This document shows positions 37,132 to 52,324 of a stretch of 64,000 nt of DNA, one piece after another; positions within the stretch are counted from its first letter, which is position 1; each line of letters starts with the position of its first letter. A program made the translations under genes and the position numbers. The notes beneath the pieces are model-generated. The model was not told where the DNA came from, ran no database searches, and worked only from the letters and a program-made list of their open reading frames with translations. Source of the DNA: Eledone cirrhosa (taxonomy: Eukaryota); contig OZ024740.1 in NCBI GenBank assembly GCA_964016885.1, positions 348,502,001-348,566,000 of the forward strand, in the 5' to 3' direction.

Positions 37132-38029
37132 TGAAGTAATAATGAGGCGTGAAGTAATAATGAGAAGGAAAGTGTTAATTATATATCAACAATGGGCTTT
37201 AAAACACTCTCATTCTCACACTCCCTGATTCGCTATACACACATGAATAGTACAAACAGTACAGATATCTTTAATAATATAAACTTATATAAGTTATTTA
37301 CAGGTTTGAGTTCTGTTCAGCTTAACTGTGTCAGATAGTAATGTATAAGTTTATATATATATATGTGTGTGTATGTGTGGTGTGGGGTACATGTGCGTGT
37401 GCATGTGGGTGTGCGTGTGAGTGTGTGCGTGTTTGTGTGTGTGTGTGTGTGTGCATAAATGTATTGTATAATTATATATATATATGTGTGTGTGTGTGTT
37501 TGTGAGTGTACATTATATATGTGTATATTTACAGACATATGCATCAAGTTATCTTATGTATGAAGTTTTCTACTCATTTTTCACTCTCTAATAAATTAAT
37601 TTTCTCCGTATTGCATAAAAAGTTCGGTCTAATGATTTACAGCGTGTGTACATGGAAGTGAAATAGAGCAGAGAATAGCTCACCCAGAAAGCTTGGCAGT
37701 TTTATATGATAGCTTCTTACTTTTGATAGAATGTGTGTTATATTTAAGATTTTTCTGATGGAAAAGCTGTCCCAGATTCAAACAACTAACATAGTGCGTT
37801 TCAATTACTGACCTACAGATCACTTTCAATGGTTTGAAGATATGCAAGACACCTCATTTATTTTTTATATTTGCGTTATGAATATTTATAATGATGCGTT
37901 GCTCCACTAACTTTCGTTATCTTCACAAACATTCAATGAAATCGCCTAACGTTTATCATGAATTAATCAGGTATCTGAGCATTTATGTTCCATATCAATA
38001 ACTAATCTTGCACACAAGCTTACACACAC

Positions 38030-38258
<229 letters not shown>

Positions 38259-38479
38259 GAACTTCGTCATGGACTGTGGTTATGAATATCGATTTGCAAT
38301 CATGAAGACGCCTGGTTCAGTCCTAATGCTTGGTATCTTGCACAAATGTCTTTTTCCGTAGCTTTAGGTTAGCCTAAGTCGTGTGAGTAAAATTGTATTA
38401 ACAAAAACACCATGGAAGCTCATCTGTTAGACTTTATCTATAATTCATCTAATTGCATGCGTCGGATTGGGCAAGCAAA

Positions 38480-38860
38480 GCCACTAGATTCAGAAGAAAA
38501 AATAGTAACTAAGTCTTTGCAGGCAATGAAAATGATGATTGCAAGAGATTATTTTCATCATTTGCACATCATGTTTAGTTTCATAAAATACTTTATTATA
38601 ATGATGCATACGACGCAGAATTGAGGAATATTTCCTGGCACCACTGATACCGGAATTCAAGGAGGCATTTTTAGGTCCTCATATAATAAAATGGTTTAGT
38701 GATGAATTTGGAGAAATCACAAGGCTGAAAACTATTGTGAAATAGCAAATGACTTTTTTAAGGGTTGCCAAGCAATGATACGACATTAAAGGTATATTTT
38801 TTGGATGCCCACTAACATGTTTTCTGGCAAACGGGGTCATGCTAAGCGATAAGCTGCTTG
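38480..38860 (+). pseudogene. Decayed DNA transposase, Chapaev3-like
   Basis: 'HLHIMFSFIKYFI', 'KEAFLGPHI', 'NHKAENY' and 'LKVYFLDAH' resemble the LHIKLGLMKxFVK / KEGIFxGPQI / GNxKAxNY / LKxHFLxSH motifs, recalled from memory. Confidence 0.55.
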
Positions 38861-39525
38861 GCGTTTTCGTTATGTTATTTCTACTATACTAACTAGAATT
38901 CCGGACATAGGACATATACAAGAGATGTGTTTGAGGCAAAGTTCATAAGAAAATCGACGCCAGCTACATTTTCAACTATAGGCATTTCATTTCAGTTGCA
39001 ATTTAATAAGTGTGTAACTGTATCTCTCTTTATCAATTCAAATGCGCCTCACAAAATACCATAACCTGATCAGAAAATATTTCAAACTCATTTTTTTTCA
39101 ACACGAAAAAGTTCAGATATTTATATTCTTGTAGTACCGTCTCCCGATTTCTCATCCCTATCCTATTTTTTCTATGAAGTTGAATTTGTTCAATTCATAT
39201 TTGTTTGAAAGCGTCTCGGTTATTTATTTTAAAATGTAGATATTTATTTTTGTGTTGAATATTTTTCAACATTTGCGGCCTTTTTGTTTTGTGTTTATTT
39301 AGTTTTAGTGAAACTAGGATCGCACAAGAGACAGATAAATGATAAAACATTCTTGTGAAATTACCGCTGATATTCTTGTTGGACACGCAAGCTGTGGTTT
39401 GTTCAAAGGATAAATTATTCATTGATTCCATTCGTGGAAAATTAGTCTATCAGCAATATTTAGAAAAATACAGACATCATCTAAATAATGCTTTATTTAT
39501 TTTTTTTATTTATTTATTTATATAT

Positions 39526-39568
<43 letters not shown>

Positions 39569-42500
39569 TTTCTCATCTAAATAATAAAAAGAAAATGTTA
39601 ATGACAACAACAAAAATAATGGTTTTTACATTAGGCTCAAGGATAGAAATTTTCAGTATTTGGCCGGTACCATTTTCAGTATTTGACCTGAAGTATAAAG
39701 ACAAAGTTGACTTCGGTGGGATTTTCATTCGGAATGCAAACAATACTGTCGAACACTATTATGATTCTGCACATGCTCTGTATTTCTCAGCACTAGCAAC
39801 AACATTGGTGTCTTAAATTAATATTGATTTTCAGCTACGAACCACAGTCAGGGAATTTCAACTGAATTAACTCTAGTATAGTAGATTTAGCGAAGGCTAA
39901 ATTTATCTTTTCTGTTGTTTTCTTAACGTATTTTGCCTGCATTTTCCACCTGCTGATAATATTAATATGAATATTAATGATAATCTAAATTCTATCATAA
40001 TACCAACATCAAGAAATGTATCGCTTGCACAATTATCAATAACACTAATACTAACACTTTATGACTATTACAACTTCTACAACTATATATACACTATCAC
40101 TATTACTATCATTACTAATGTCCGCTGTATCGCTACTAATACAGCTACTACCATCAATAAAACCAACCAAAGAGAAATAAAAGCCAAATAATTTTATATT
40201 CATACTAATCATTTTACGAAAATGTCATGGTACCGAATGGCGTGCGTTTTATAAAATGTCTGATCAATCGGGTCTGATCCGTAGTTAAAAATAAAAACAA
40301 TAAAAACGATAACAATGAAATTAAAATTAAATGTAAAAACCATTCAAAGTGGCTGGCACTGTCAGTAATTCTGGACATACCACACTGAAAGTTAAAATAT
40401 TATCATCATCAAGACGTATTTGAACTCGCCTAAACAAATGTCGCAAGACATCACATCTGAGACGTTAAGCATTCCACCAGTCGACATCTTTAGACTGATA
40501 TTTTATCGATTATCTATCGACCCTGAGATGACGACAGGCAAAGATAACCAAGACATGGTTTAAACTCAAAATCCCAAAAGCGAGAATATATACACACGGC
40601 ATTTCGTTCAACACTCTAACCATTTGCCAAGTGACCGCCTTTTACAATAACTACAGCATGTAAATACACCACACTAACAAACCCTCTTACTCCAAAATAA
40701 CGAACAAAATAATGCAAAAACATAGGCACAAATTGCTTCAAATTCTCTTTCCACCTTGACAATATAACTGAACTTTCATTGTCTCAGAAACCACAAATTG
40801 TAAGGAAATCGTGAAATCCAAAGGTTCAATACTTATGGCCTGTGGGAATTATTTCACCACTCAATATTATCTTCATTCCTGCCAATTTGAGAGAATTTGA
40901 AAATCAGGTGGCGATATTCCAAGTTCTGAAAAACAAAAAATATAATTAATATAAATAATATCATCTATCTATTTCCCAATACAAACTCTCAGAAATACTC
41001 CATCTCTCAACAACCTTGTATAACAAGTAGTAATACTATATATTTGATGAGTGGTTCCTTTGTTTCACTATTAAGTTTGGTTTATCTGGTTTTCCTTTAA
41101 TATTAATCGATAATATCTCATCCAGTTAATGGGAATATCTAGAAATTGTGCTAATAAGTACCTCCAATTATTAAATTCAATTCCCGTTTATAGTAACAAA
41201 TAAAAGTAAGACAACCAACATTAGAAACCATTATTCAAACGCAGTCATATCATCGAAGACGGACACTCTTTTGCCAACGAGATTTATAAATAAGTTAATA
41301 TCAATGTAATTATACAATAATTCTTCGATGATTTTTTTTTTCGGTGGTGATGGTGGTGGCTCGAAGTTGACATACAGAAGCTCACATCAAAATAATGTTC
41401 TGGTCAAATGACGTTACTGACAGAAACGACTAGATGTGTATGTTTGGAGGTAAATGGTAACTACTTGAGCGGTTTAATGTTACATTCTATAAAGATATCT
41501 TGATATTTATAGAAAGCACTCACTGATTCCATCATTAATCTATATCTACTCTCAATCCTCAGTTCTGTAAAATCATTATTATAAGGCCAGGGAACATTTA
41601 CTCTACCGTTTTAAAATTTAGGCTCCATATTAATTCAATTATTTCATAATTACAGACTTCATAAAAAGGGAAATGAATAGAATATAACTACAAAATCGCA
41701 AACGAAATTTCAAAGAAAACATTTGATTTATTCTTGACATTGTCTTTTATGAGAGACATACCTTCCGAGCATAATTTTTAACGAATATGTTTGATATGGA
41801 TGATATTTAATATGAATTTCTTACATAATGTAACTAATTTGGAAGAGCTTTTATTTTCTGTTTCATCTAGTTATTGACGGATTTGTTTAGACGTAAGCGA
41901 TTTGTTTTCTTGTTTATTTTCGTCAATCTTTATTCCCCACTTTTATTGTGTATGCTTATAACTGTCATCATTAGTTATCTTCTATACAAATCTCACCTTT
42001 CCTTAGATATTATAAATCAGGAGTATATGGGGGAATGTTTTCGTTCGAGTTTCTTATCTAACAGAATCTTAATTGTATTCCTAGTTGCCAAATATTTCTT
42101 GTCGCAATTATTGATTCGAAGTATTTTCGTGAAATTTATAAACACTTTGATTTTCTGTATAAAATAATGTTCTTATTTTAATGAATTTGGTTAGTTTTAA
42201 CTATTTCTGTAAGACTTCATTTGCTTTTGTAACTGACTCATCATTCTTCATTCCTCCCACGCACTCGCTTTCTCCTTTTCCTGTACGGGACAAATACACA
42301 CACGCACATACTCACACACAGAAACACACACAGATATATACATGTGTGTGTTTCTGTGTGTGAGTATGTGCGTGTGTGTATTTGGCACTTGGTATGTAGA
42401 GACATTTAATGAAATGTATGATGATGGACTATATGTGCATTTATGGTTATATAAGTAAATGAGTAAATTGCACAAAATAATATATGCACTTATAATTAAA

Positions 42501-42899
42501 TATAAAATGTGATAGCATTCTACGTTAGGGATGATGTAATTGTACATGTAGCAGATCTATTATGACATATTAACAGCTGTATGATCCTTCATGACATATA
42601 CCTTGTCCAGGAATGAATAGATAACAATCTAAAGAAACCTTTAAAGTATGATAGTAGAATACACTATATTGTAAAATCAGGCATTACTGGGTTAAGTAAC
42701 AGAGATCCAATGGTATCACATTATATTGTGTATTAGAACAAAGAATTTTAATAACTGAACTGAACTTAATTAGCTAGTGACCTCCCCTTATGCATTAGCT
42801 CCCCTTATTCACTTCCGGAAATTAACGATTGAACATTTAACGGTTGATCAATGAATATGAATTCATTAAGACTAATTTACAATCCATTGCTCTAACTAA

Positions 42900-43522
42900 C
42901 TTAAAACACTCATTATAAACACCAACTAAAGTTTATTTCAACATATGTCATGGAAAAGTCTGCAAAAACTGTATGTTTCTCAACACACATGAATTCAAAC
43001 ACCATAAACATCCAACACCCACCATAGACTCTAATACATTAACACAATGGCTCTAACTGCAGTATTTATTCTTCTATATATGTATATGACCTACGCAGTC
43101 ACAACATCCACACGCCTGCATATGAATTGTTATCGAAATCTTCCTTTCTCAAAACTGCTTCCTCAATGCCTCTTTAATATTTGGACTGTTCCCCTGTTTT
43201 AACTGTTGCATGTATTCCACTCCGTGTTTTTAATTTTGATTTTGATTTTGATTTAATTTTGATTTTAATTTGAACTTGAATGCTTGTACAATTATTGTAC
43301 AATTCTCGTAAAATATATGTCGCATCCATCCCACCGTGTAAATACGAAACTGTTGCTCACAACATCAATTTATATGTATCTATATTATTGTTCAGTTGAA
43401 TAGGAGGTTAATTATATGTGCAAACATTGATAATGCTCCGATGACTCCAAACGAGAGTTTGGAAGAAACGATTGTCAGCTATTAAATAATTTGAACACAA
43501 CTTTGATAATTGTATAATTTAT

Positions 43523-43525
<3 letters not shown>
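42900..43525 (+). mobile_element. Decayed PLE 3' end with a degenerate hammerhead at 43434-43480
   Basis: 'CHGKVCKNCMF' zinc-like linker; tgct-CCGATGA-ctccaaac gaga gtttggaa-GAAA-cgattg-TC-agct. Confidence 0.5.
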
Positions 43526-43904
<379 letters not shown>

Positions 43905-43989
43905 GTGGACTAAACAACTATGTCCTCGAACACTTTGTAATTAGTAGACCCTCCGAACATCTGCTTTGCGGCATATAATTACCTCCATT

Positions 43990-44143
43990 GACGTACTGAG
44001 TTCAAATCCCACCGCGGTTAGCTTTGCCTTTCATCCTTTCGGGGTCGATAAAATATGGTACCAGTAACGAACTGGGGTTGATTTAATCGATTTCCTCCTC
44101 TCCCCAAATTATTGGCCTTGTGCCTAAATCAGAAACCATTATT
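43990..44143 (+). mobile_element. SINE (partial)
   Basis: B box gagttcaaatcc, central motif and 3' tail. Confidence 0.8.
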
Positions 44144-46119
44144 TTACACTTTTATCTGGTTTTCACCATGCCGGGCCACAACCATGGGAAATGATTTTAC
44201 AAATATCGCATAGCATTGTAAGGCGAGTATTTATCAAAATGTCATTTGATAATATTTATTCTCATTTTGTCATTTATTCTTTAGTTCATTTATTTTAATT
44301 CCGCTCCAAATTCCGTTCTTCGAAATATTTCATTAGAGAGGACAAAAGAAAAAAAATGGTGAAAGGAAATCGATGAGACCAGACGATTCCGTTACGTGAG
44401 GATTTTATAAACTAAATTTTAATAATAGACATCGTGTATGTTGCAAATAATAATTTCATATGACAAAATATGGGATTAATGTATTCCGTCGGTACACAAA
44501 TTGGAAACTGTGAAAAGTGTACGGAATTGGTTGTTAAATTGGGAAACCGAAAAACTAAAATGTTATTTACAGTTTAATTAAGACTGTTTAAGTTCTGAGT
44601 TCAAAGACCACGAAGTTTTACTTTGGCTTTCATCTTCCAGAGTCGATAAAATACTGGTATTGATGTAGCCAATAATATACTTGTCGACCCAAAATGGATT
44701 ACGTTTTTCCAATGAACACAATTTTGAAAACAAAATTAGTTGTATTAGTAACCATTTATGCCGGAGAAATGTAAGTTGTGCATAAACGAAGTTAGATTGA
44801 AAACTACCCTATATCCAGAAAAGGATTTCCTATAATGTACAGTGGTAGCTGTTTGGTGGTGAAAGAAAAAAACTAGAGTTATTCATCTGAGGTGTTTAGC
44901 ATTAACCGTTCACTTCGTCAAAGATGCCCCATTTCGACATTTCTATAGGGTTTTTCACTGCAAAATTTGTTACAGTTGCTGAAGACATTCGAGGGAATCT
45001 TGCTAGAATTGAGACACTGGATAGTTCTTTCCGCACATGCACACGGCGTCACTGTTCCGTGGGATTACCAGAATGTAAAAGGAGCCTGCATTAAGCATAA
45101 CAAGCTTGCAACTCGGAGCCCGGACAAGCAATTCCATGCAAGACGGCGACCTCTGTCACTTGACGCCCTATTTCTGTATTATTTACCTCGGCGGGATGAA
45201 TGTAAATGCAAACAGCGAGATCAGAATTCGAAACTAAATAATACGAGGCATTCGCGCAATATTCTAACGTTTCTGTTAATCTATCCACCTAACGTTACTT
45301 AACTCGAAAGTATTGTGCTTCACCTATTAACTTCTAAAACTGTCACATGTCACACATATATTTAAGAGATGTTAGCATCAGCATGTAATGACTGTTAATT
45401 ATTTATCTATTTTCGGATGTTCTGAAAAACAAATCGGACTTCAGCGGAAATTACACCCAGGGTAAAAGAATTTGCTACTAAATGGTTTATGGCATGCAAC
45501 GTTTCTGGTATTCTGTTTGAAAATGTTCTCCTGACAAGCACCTAGCGATTGAAATATTTGCTAGACTTGCTTCATTTGATTATAGTAAATCCAGACGAGC
45601 TTCTTCGGGACCAATGAGCTCAGTTGCCGAGAGATGGGCAATATCCTGAAAGTTTGGGTCGTTAGCATTCGATGTTAGTTAAAGAACCATATTCGTGCCT
45701 CACATATATTTAGCATTTTATCGGGCGATGGTAATGCTCGAACACGAGTTTGCAGCCATCATCTATGTATGTATGTTGTTCTGGTTTTATAATTTCACAA
45801 TTTGTTACCAATAGAGTGATAGTCGGTTTCTAATATAGATACAAGACTCTCTCATTGGAATTTACACAACATCGACTAGGTAGATTATGTATGCATGCCT
45901 GCATGCATGCATGTGTATATATGGATGTTATTGTATGTGTGGATGTGTATGTTTTGAGTTGTATGTGTGCATGTGTATATGCTTTGTATCTGTACTTGTG
46001 TATAGATGCAACATTTTTGGAATGTTTTACATATTTTTACTGGATTGTACTTTCCTAACTAGTTGTTTTCTTTCTGTTCCTGTGAAGCCTTAGTAGCATG
46101 TTTAACAATTCATGCACAC

Positions 46120-46625
46120 TTGATGATAAAATATCCTTAAGAATCAAGAAAGCCATTGATGCTTTGGGATGACTGGATGAAAATGTATGGTCCAGACGAG
46201 GTATCACTATCTACACCAAGGTGAAAGTGTATCTGACTTGTATCGTCTCCTCTTTGCTTTATGTTTGTGAAGTGTGGGTCACATATCGAAAGCACCTCAA
46301 GGAACTGGAGAGATTTCACCAGCAATCTCTTCATAAGTTACTTGGGGTGCAATGGAAAATGTTCGTCAGTGATTTGGAAGTTCTCGAACGGAGCGTGATA
46401 TTTCGGCATCTATTGAGGTGGTGAGGTCACGTACTCCGGATATCTGATGATCGTATTACAAAGCAACTTCTGTATGGAGAACTGTGTGAAGGAAGGCGAC
46501 CACCACGCAAACCAAAAATGCGGTACCGTGACTGTGTCAGAGGCACCTTGCCTTCTGCTGGAATTTCATCTGACGAATGGGAAAAAAATGGCTGAGGAGC
46601 GTGTGAAGTGGAGACATTTGATGAT
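46120..46625 (+). pseudogene. RTE-clade LINE fragment
   Basis: 'TKVKVYLTCIVSSLLYVCEVWVTYRKHLKELERFHQQSL'. Confidence 0.85.
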
Positions 46626-47213
46626 GTCAAATCTCATTGTAATTTCATTACTATTAATAAAATAATTTATTTTTGAACAGTTGCAGCTATATTGAAGATA
46701 TTTAAGTTAAATTGTAGATTTACCTTTCAAAATTCGCTTTCTTTATTTTTTTTTTTTTCTGTATTGAGAGAAATAGGCGAAGACACACTCAAGGGAGAAA
46801 ACAAAGAAATTATTGTATTAGGAGTTTTCTCCCCTGAATAATATTTTTTTATGTTGTTAGAAAAGTGCCTACATGATTATTTAAGAGAAAGGAAGAGAAG
46901 GAGAGAGAGTGTGTATGTGTATGTTTGAATGTATGCCTGTATGTATGCCAGAATGTATTTTTGTATGTGCACGTGTGCTTGTGTATATGTGTATTTGCGT
47001 CTTTTATTTCCTTCTTCCAGTCACTTCTATACACCAACACATTTCTCCTTGACCTCCTCTTTCAATCTTTTCTATATTTCATCTGCCTGTCATCCACCTT
47101 GTGGATTGTCTCTCTGTTGAGCACTGGCCTCTAAAGCATTTTTGCCCATCGCTTTTTTTTGACAGCATTTTGCCGTTTTAGCGGCTATTCTAGCGATGAG
47201 TTTTCCCACATAT

Positions 47214-47270
<57 letters not shown>

Positions 47271-47417
47271 AAAAAGATTGAGCTCTGCCGTCGGGGTCAT
47301 ACTTTTTCTTATTTCCCACTCTACTACCCTAAGTATTGAGTACTCTGGTGCGTTATGGTCCATCTGGTTCCTTACCACAATTCCTTTGTTATATATATAT
47401 GTATATATATATATATA

Positions 47418-47798
47418 GTGAAAAATGGAACTGGAACAAAACAGAGAGGCAGTACGAACAAAGGTTTATTAGTTTCACGCTCTTGAGAGTGGGGGGGAGG
47501 GTATTGGGGAACGACGTTTCGGGTATGAGCCCTTCTTCAAGCGAAAAGTGTGTGGGAAGAGAGTTCCAAGGGTGTGTAGGGGAGTGGAGGAGAGACATTT
47601 AGAAAAAAGGGGGTGAGAGGAAACGGTGGAAGTGGTACAAATGAAAATAAATATGAAAAATAAAAATAAAAATAAGCATGAAGATAAACAAGTGGTGGAA
47701 GGGTGTGGGGCGTGTAGGGGTGGTGGCGGGTGGAGGGGGGAGAGGGAGGCGGGGTGTCCGAGCGGGGAGGGCTGAAGGTGGTGTGTGTGTGTAGGTGT

Positions 47799-47837
<39 letters not shown>

Positions 47838-49907
47838 TGAGAGTTGGGGAAGAACGGGATTCCATGTTCAGGAAAAGGTGTGTGTGGGGTGGGATGTAGT
47901 CGGTTTGTGTGTGCGTGTGTGGATGGGGAGGGGTAAGAGGGGTGGGGGATGGGGGGAGAGGATTCTGGAGGCTGAGTGTGTGTGCTGTTTATACGTATTG
48001 TGGATGTAGGTGGCGTGTAGGAAAAAAAATGTTTTGAGTGTATGTCCGTGGGTAAGTTCCTAAGGTAGTTCCGTAGTGGGTGTGGTGGAGTGCCGGATAT
48101 TTTCCTTGTGATGGAGTTGATTCGTGGGAGCGAGGTCCAATGTCTGTAATCTGTGGTTGGGTTGGTCAGAAGAGGGGAGATGTGGGGTGCGCGCGCAACA
48201 GGAAGTGGTCAGAGGGTCAAGGCAGGAGGAGGGTTGTGTGTCTGTGTGCGTGGAGAGGTGGTCAGAAGGTCAGGGCATAGCAGCAGTAGGGGAGAATGGC
48301 AGGTGGAGAAGTCGGTGTGTCAGTGTGTGCGGAGGTGTGGTAGACAGGGCGATGGGTAGGTGTGAAAGGTGGAGTGGGGAGGCGTCATGCGGGGCGAGGG
48401 GGTGTATTAGTAGAGGTGTTAGTGGGATGTGTGTGTGTATGAAGGGGTGTGGGTGAAGCGGGGAGAGGGAGAGAGGGGTAGGGAGTTCAGGCCGGGGTGA
48501 GTGTGGGTCTGTAGGGTGAAGATGGTGCGTTGTTCGACCCTGAGGAGGGTGGCGGGTGTACCGTGGCATTGGAGTAGGCCACAGACTGTGAGGTGGTGCG
48601 CGGGATGTCCAGGGGAGCCAAAGTGGCGGGCGATGGGGGAACTACCGCCGAGACGAATATCCCGGAGGTGTTCGGTAAAACGGTCCGCCAGGCGACGTTC
48701 AGTCTGTCCGACGTAAGTCGCGCTGCACTCCGTGCAGCGAAGTCCATAGACTAGGTTGGAGGAGGTGCAGCGGAAGGCGTACCGGACAGAGAGAGAGTGG
48801 CCGTTGGGACCCTGGAAGGTGGTGGTGTTGGTGATGTGGGGAGAGGTGTTGCAACGAGGCCTGGAACAGGGAAGGGAACCGGGGGGTGGGAAGAGAGCGT
48901 GGGTAGGGGGTAGGGAGCTGCGGACGAGGAGGGTGCAGAGATTGCGTGCGCGTTTGAAGGAGGGGAGTGGTGGGGCTGGGAAGATGTGGGAGGTGGAGGG
49001 GTAGGACTAGAGGAGTCGGAAGAGGCGGAGGATGGTGCGGTGGAGGAGTAGGGTGGAGGGGTGATAGGTGATGGGGAAGGGGAGACGGTGGGTGGGTGTG
49101 CGGTGACGTGGGGTGAGGGTGGTGGAGCGGTAGACAGCACGGGCGCGAGTGAGGGCGGTGAGGACAAGGGAGGGGGCTAACCTCTGCGGATGAAATGGCT
49201 GACTAGGGAAAAGGCCTGGGACTCAAAGTCAGCATCTTGGCTACAGATTCGGCGGATCCTGAGGAGTTGGGAGTAGGGAATAGAGTGTTTAGTGTGTGTA
49301 GTTGGGAGGAGGGGAAGTCGAGGTAGGAGTGGGAGGAGGTGGGTTTGAAGAAGGCGGAGGTGACGAGGGAGTGGTGGGAGGGGTCGAAGGCGACGGAGAT
49401 GTCTAAGAAGTGGACGTGGGTGGTGGAGATAGAGGTGGTGAAGTGGAGGCAGGGGTGGAAGGAGCAGAAGAAGGAGAGAAAGAAGTCGAGCTGTTCTCGG
49501 GTGAGGGTCGTGGCTCCGATACAGTCGTCGATGTAACGACCGTACAGTTCGGGCGTGGGGCCGGTGTACTGGGCAAATATTTGGGCCTCAACATGGCCAA
49601 CAAAAAGGTTGGCATAATTTGGGCCCATTCTTGTGCCCATGGCTACCCCCGTGACCTGTTGGTAAAACTCACCCGAGAAGAAGGAAAAACAGTTGATGGT
49701 GATGACCAGCTCGGCGAGGCGAAGGAATGTGGGTGATGGAGGGGATGGGGGCGGGGCGAAGGTCGAGGTAGTGCTTGGGGGCACGTAGGCGGTCGGCGTG
49801 GGGGATGACTGTATAGAGCGACTTGATATCTAGAGTGAAGAGGAAGGGCTGTGGGCCGGGTGGGAAAGTGAAGGAGTCGAATAAGCGAAGGGCGTGGTTG
49901 ATGTCGA
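47418..49907 (-). mobile_element. Penelope-like element (Neptune-type), 5'-truncated, between (AT)n tracts
   Basis: RT 'GVAMGTRMGPNYANLF...GRYIDDC...FLDI'; GIY-YIG 'CTSSNLVYGLRC..YVGQTERRLADRFTEH' (~48660-48780); HHR-like TTGAAGA-agggctcataccc-GAAAcgTC at ~47512-47542. Confidence 0.92.
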
Positions 49908-49965
49908 TATATATATATATATTAATTCAAAATATTAACAAAATAGTTATTCTTGTGATCAAGTA

Positions 49966-50032
49966 TATTTTATTATACATATTTCAGAGGTACTGAGTTA
50001 ACTTCAACAGTACGTCCTCATCAGATAAAATA
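49966..50032 (-). ncRNA. Minimal type-I hammerhead ribozyme
   Basis: tattttat-CTGATGA-ggacgtactg..cagtacctct-GAAA-tatgta-TA-ataaaata. Confidence 0.75.
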
Positions 50033-50134
50033 AGATGATGCATGACATACCCTGACATAGTAGATGGTTAAAATTCAGTCATGGTAGTTTTAAATATATA
50101 TATACATATATATGTATGTATGTAGGTATTATTG

Positions 50135-50251
<117 letters not shown>

Positions 50252-50294
50252 ATATATATCTATATATATATGTATATATATATGTATATATATG

Positions 50295-50755
50295 GAATAA
50301 GAAAATGCGAAGTAGTTTCAGATGTTAAAATCCTTTAATGATAATGCTGTGATACACATTTCCTCGGGAACATAACCTTATTATGTAAGAAGCTGTCTGA
50401 TGATGTCACGGCACTGGATACACCGAAGCGTGTGGCCACTGTGGTCATTGAAATATGTATCACAACATTATCGGTAGCCATGCTTTCCAGCATAGTTTCG
50501 TCCCTTTACGGTCTTAGTTCAAATCCCGCCGAGGTTTACTTTACCTTTCATCCTTACAAGGTCGATAAAATAAAGTACCAGTAATGTATTGGGTAATTGC
50601 AGGCCTTGTGCCAAAGTAGAAACAATTATAATTAAAGGACTTTAACATCAGAAACTACATCGCATTTTCTTATTCTAAATATAGTCCGTCTCTCCTTTGT
50701 GGAAAAAATACGTTTAGTGCTTGAATTGAATTGCCATAATGTTCACCTTAAGTAT
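50295..50755 (+). mobile_element. Inverted-repeat PLE-like fragment with a hammerhead-like motif (50392-50467), interrupted by a SINE (50473-50630, +)
   Basis: 50295-50361 pairs with 50450-50472 plus 50631-50677; CTGATGA...gtggtcatt-GAAA-tatg-TA-tcaca. Confidence 0.6.
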
Positions 50756-50760
50756 GTATA

Positions 50761-50848
<88 letters not shown>

Positions 50849-50947
50849 GCATACCCCTGCGAACGGATTTGGCGAAACTGTAGTCAGGACTTTGAAGAAA
50901 AAATAGGTATATATTTATCTATTATTTCCTCGTATTTCTAATTTGAT

Positions 50948-51002
<55 letters not shown>

Positions 51003-51015
51003 ATATATATATGCG

Positions 51016-51046
<31 letters not shown>

Positions 51047-51137
51047 GCGTATGTATATATATGCGTATATATATATATATATATGCTTATGTATATATAT
51101 GCGTATATATATATATATATATGCTTATGTATATATA

Positions 51138-51234
<97 letters not shown>

Positions 51235-51559
51235 TGATTTGTATCAAATAAATAAATTTACAAATACCTTAACACTTCTCACAAAGTTAAATATTTTGTT
51301 TTAGACATTTTCTAACCCAGAAAAAAGAGAAAAAAAAATAAAGGAAAGAAATATATTTTTCTTCCTAATAATCGTCTTTTTCTCACTATATATATATATA
51401 TATATATATATACAGTAAAGAGTGACGAACACTGATATATAACTATACGTGTTCAAATCGCAAGTGACAGAAACCGCCAGGGTGAAGAAAATACTGACTA
51501 AAATAGTAAGGTTTCCAGAACTCGATCAAAAGGATAAACTGAGATATACGAACCTACCA

Positions 51560-51761
51560 TCTATATACTACTAAAATTTCTGTAATTGCTTGCTTGTCTG
51601 TAATGTAATACAGAAGAAAGGGCGCATAATGGGAAATACTTTGAAAGGAAGTTGACCTTGAAATGGGAATACAAATGCAATAAAACAAGTTTCGAGTAAA
51701 TCGGGGCACGTGTTCCGGAGTTATGAGTTTTTTCCTGGTACCTTCATAAATAGAGAGAGAG

Positions 51762-51837
<76 letters not shown>

Positions 51838-51847
51838 CGAGAGTCAG

Positions 51848-51893
<46 letters not shown>

Positions 51894-51983
51894 TGGTTGT
51901 GAGAGTGTGGATTGAAAGAGAACATAGAGAGAGGGAGAGGAGACAGAGAACGAAAATGGAAGAGAGCTGGTGGTGTTGTTGGG

Positions 51984-52015
<32 letters not shown>

Positions 52016-52324
52016 AGTTTGTGTGTATACATATATATATGTGTGTGTGTGTGTGTCTATGACCAATGTATATAGATCACAGACACCTACATATATTTAT
52101 ATACACACACACATACATATATATGTATACACATTTATATATACACACAGTTATATATATATATATACATACACACACGTATATATACGGGCCTTCCAGT
52201 TTCATTTTACATTATATACATGTCTGTGTCTATTTTAATTATTTAAAAACCATTTTTAAGTGAACATGATTTTTAAAAATGTATCTTGAAAGGAACGTGA
52301 CCGAACGGGTCACGGCTGGTCTAG
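51560..52324 (+). mobile_element. Non-autonomous Helitron
   Basis: A|TCtatatacta...; 3' hairpin cgtgacc-gaacg-ggtcacg followed by CTAG|T at 52321-52325; carries (GA)n and (AT)n. Confidence 0.85.
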
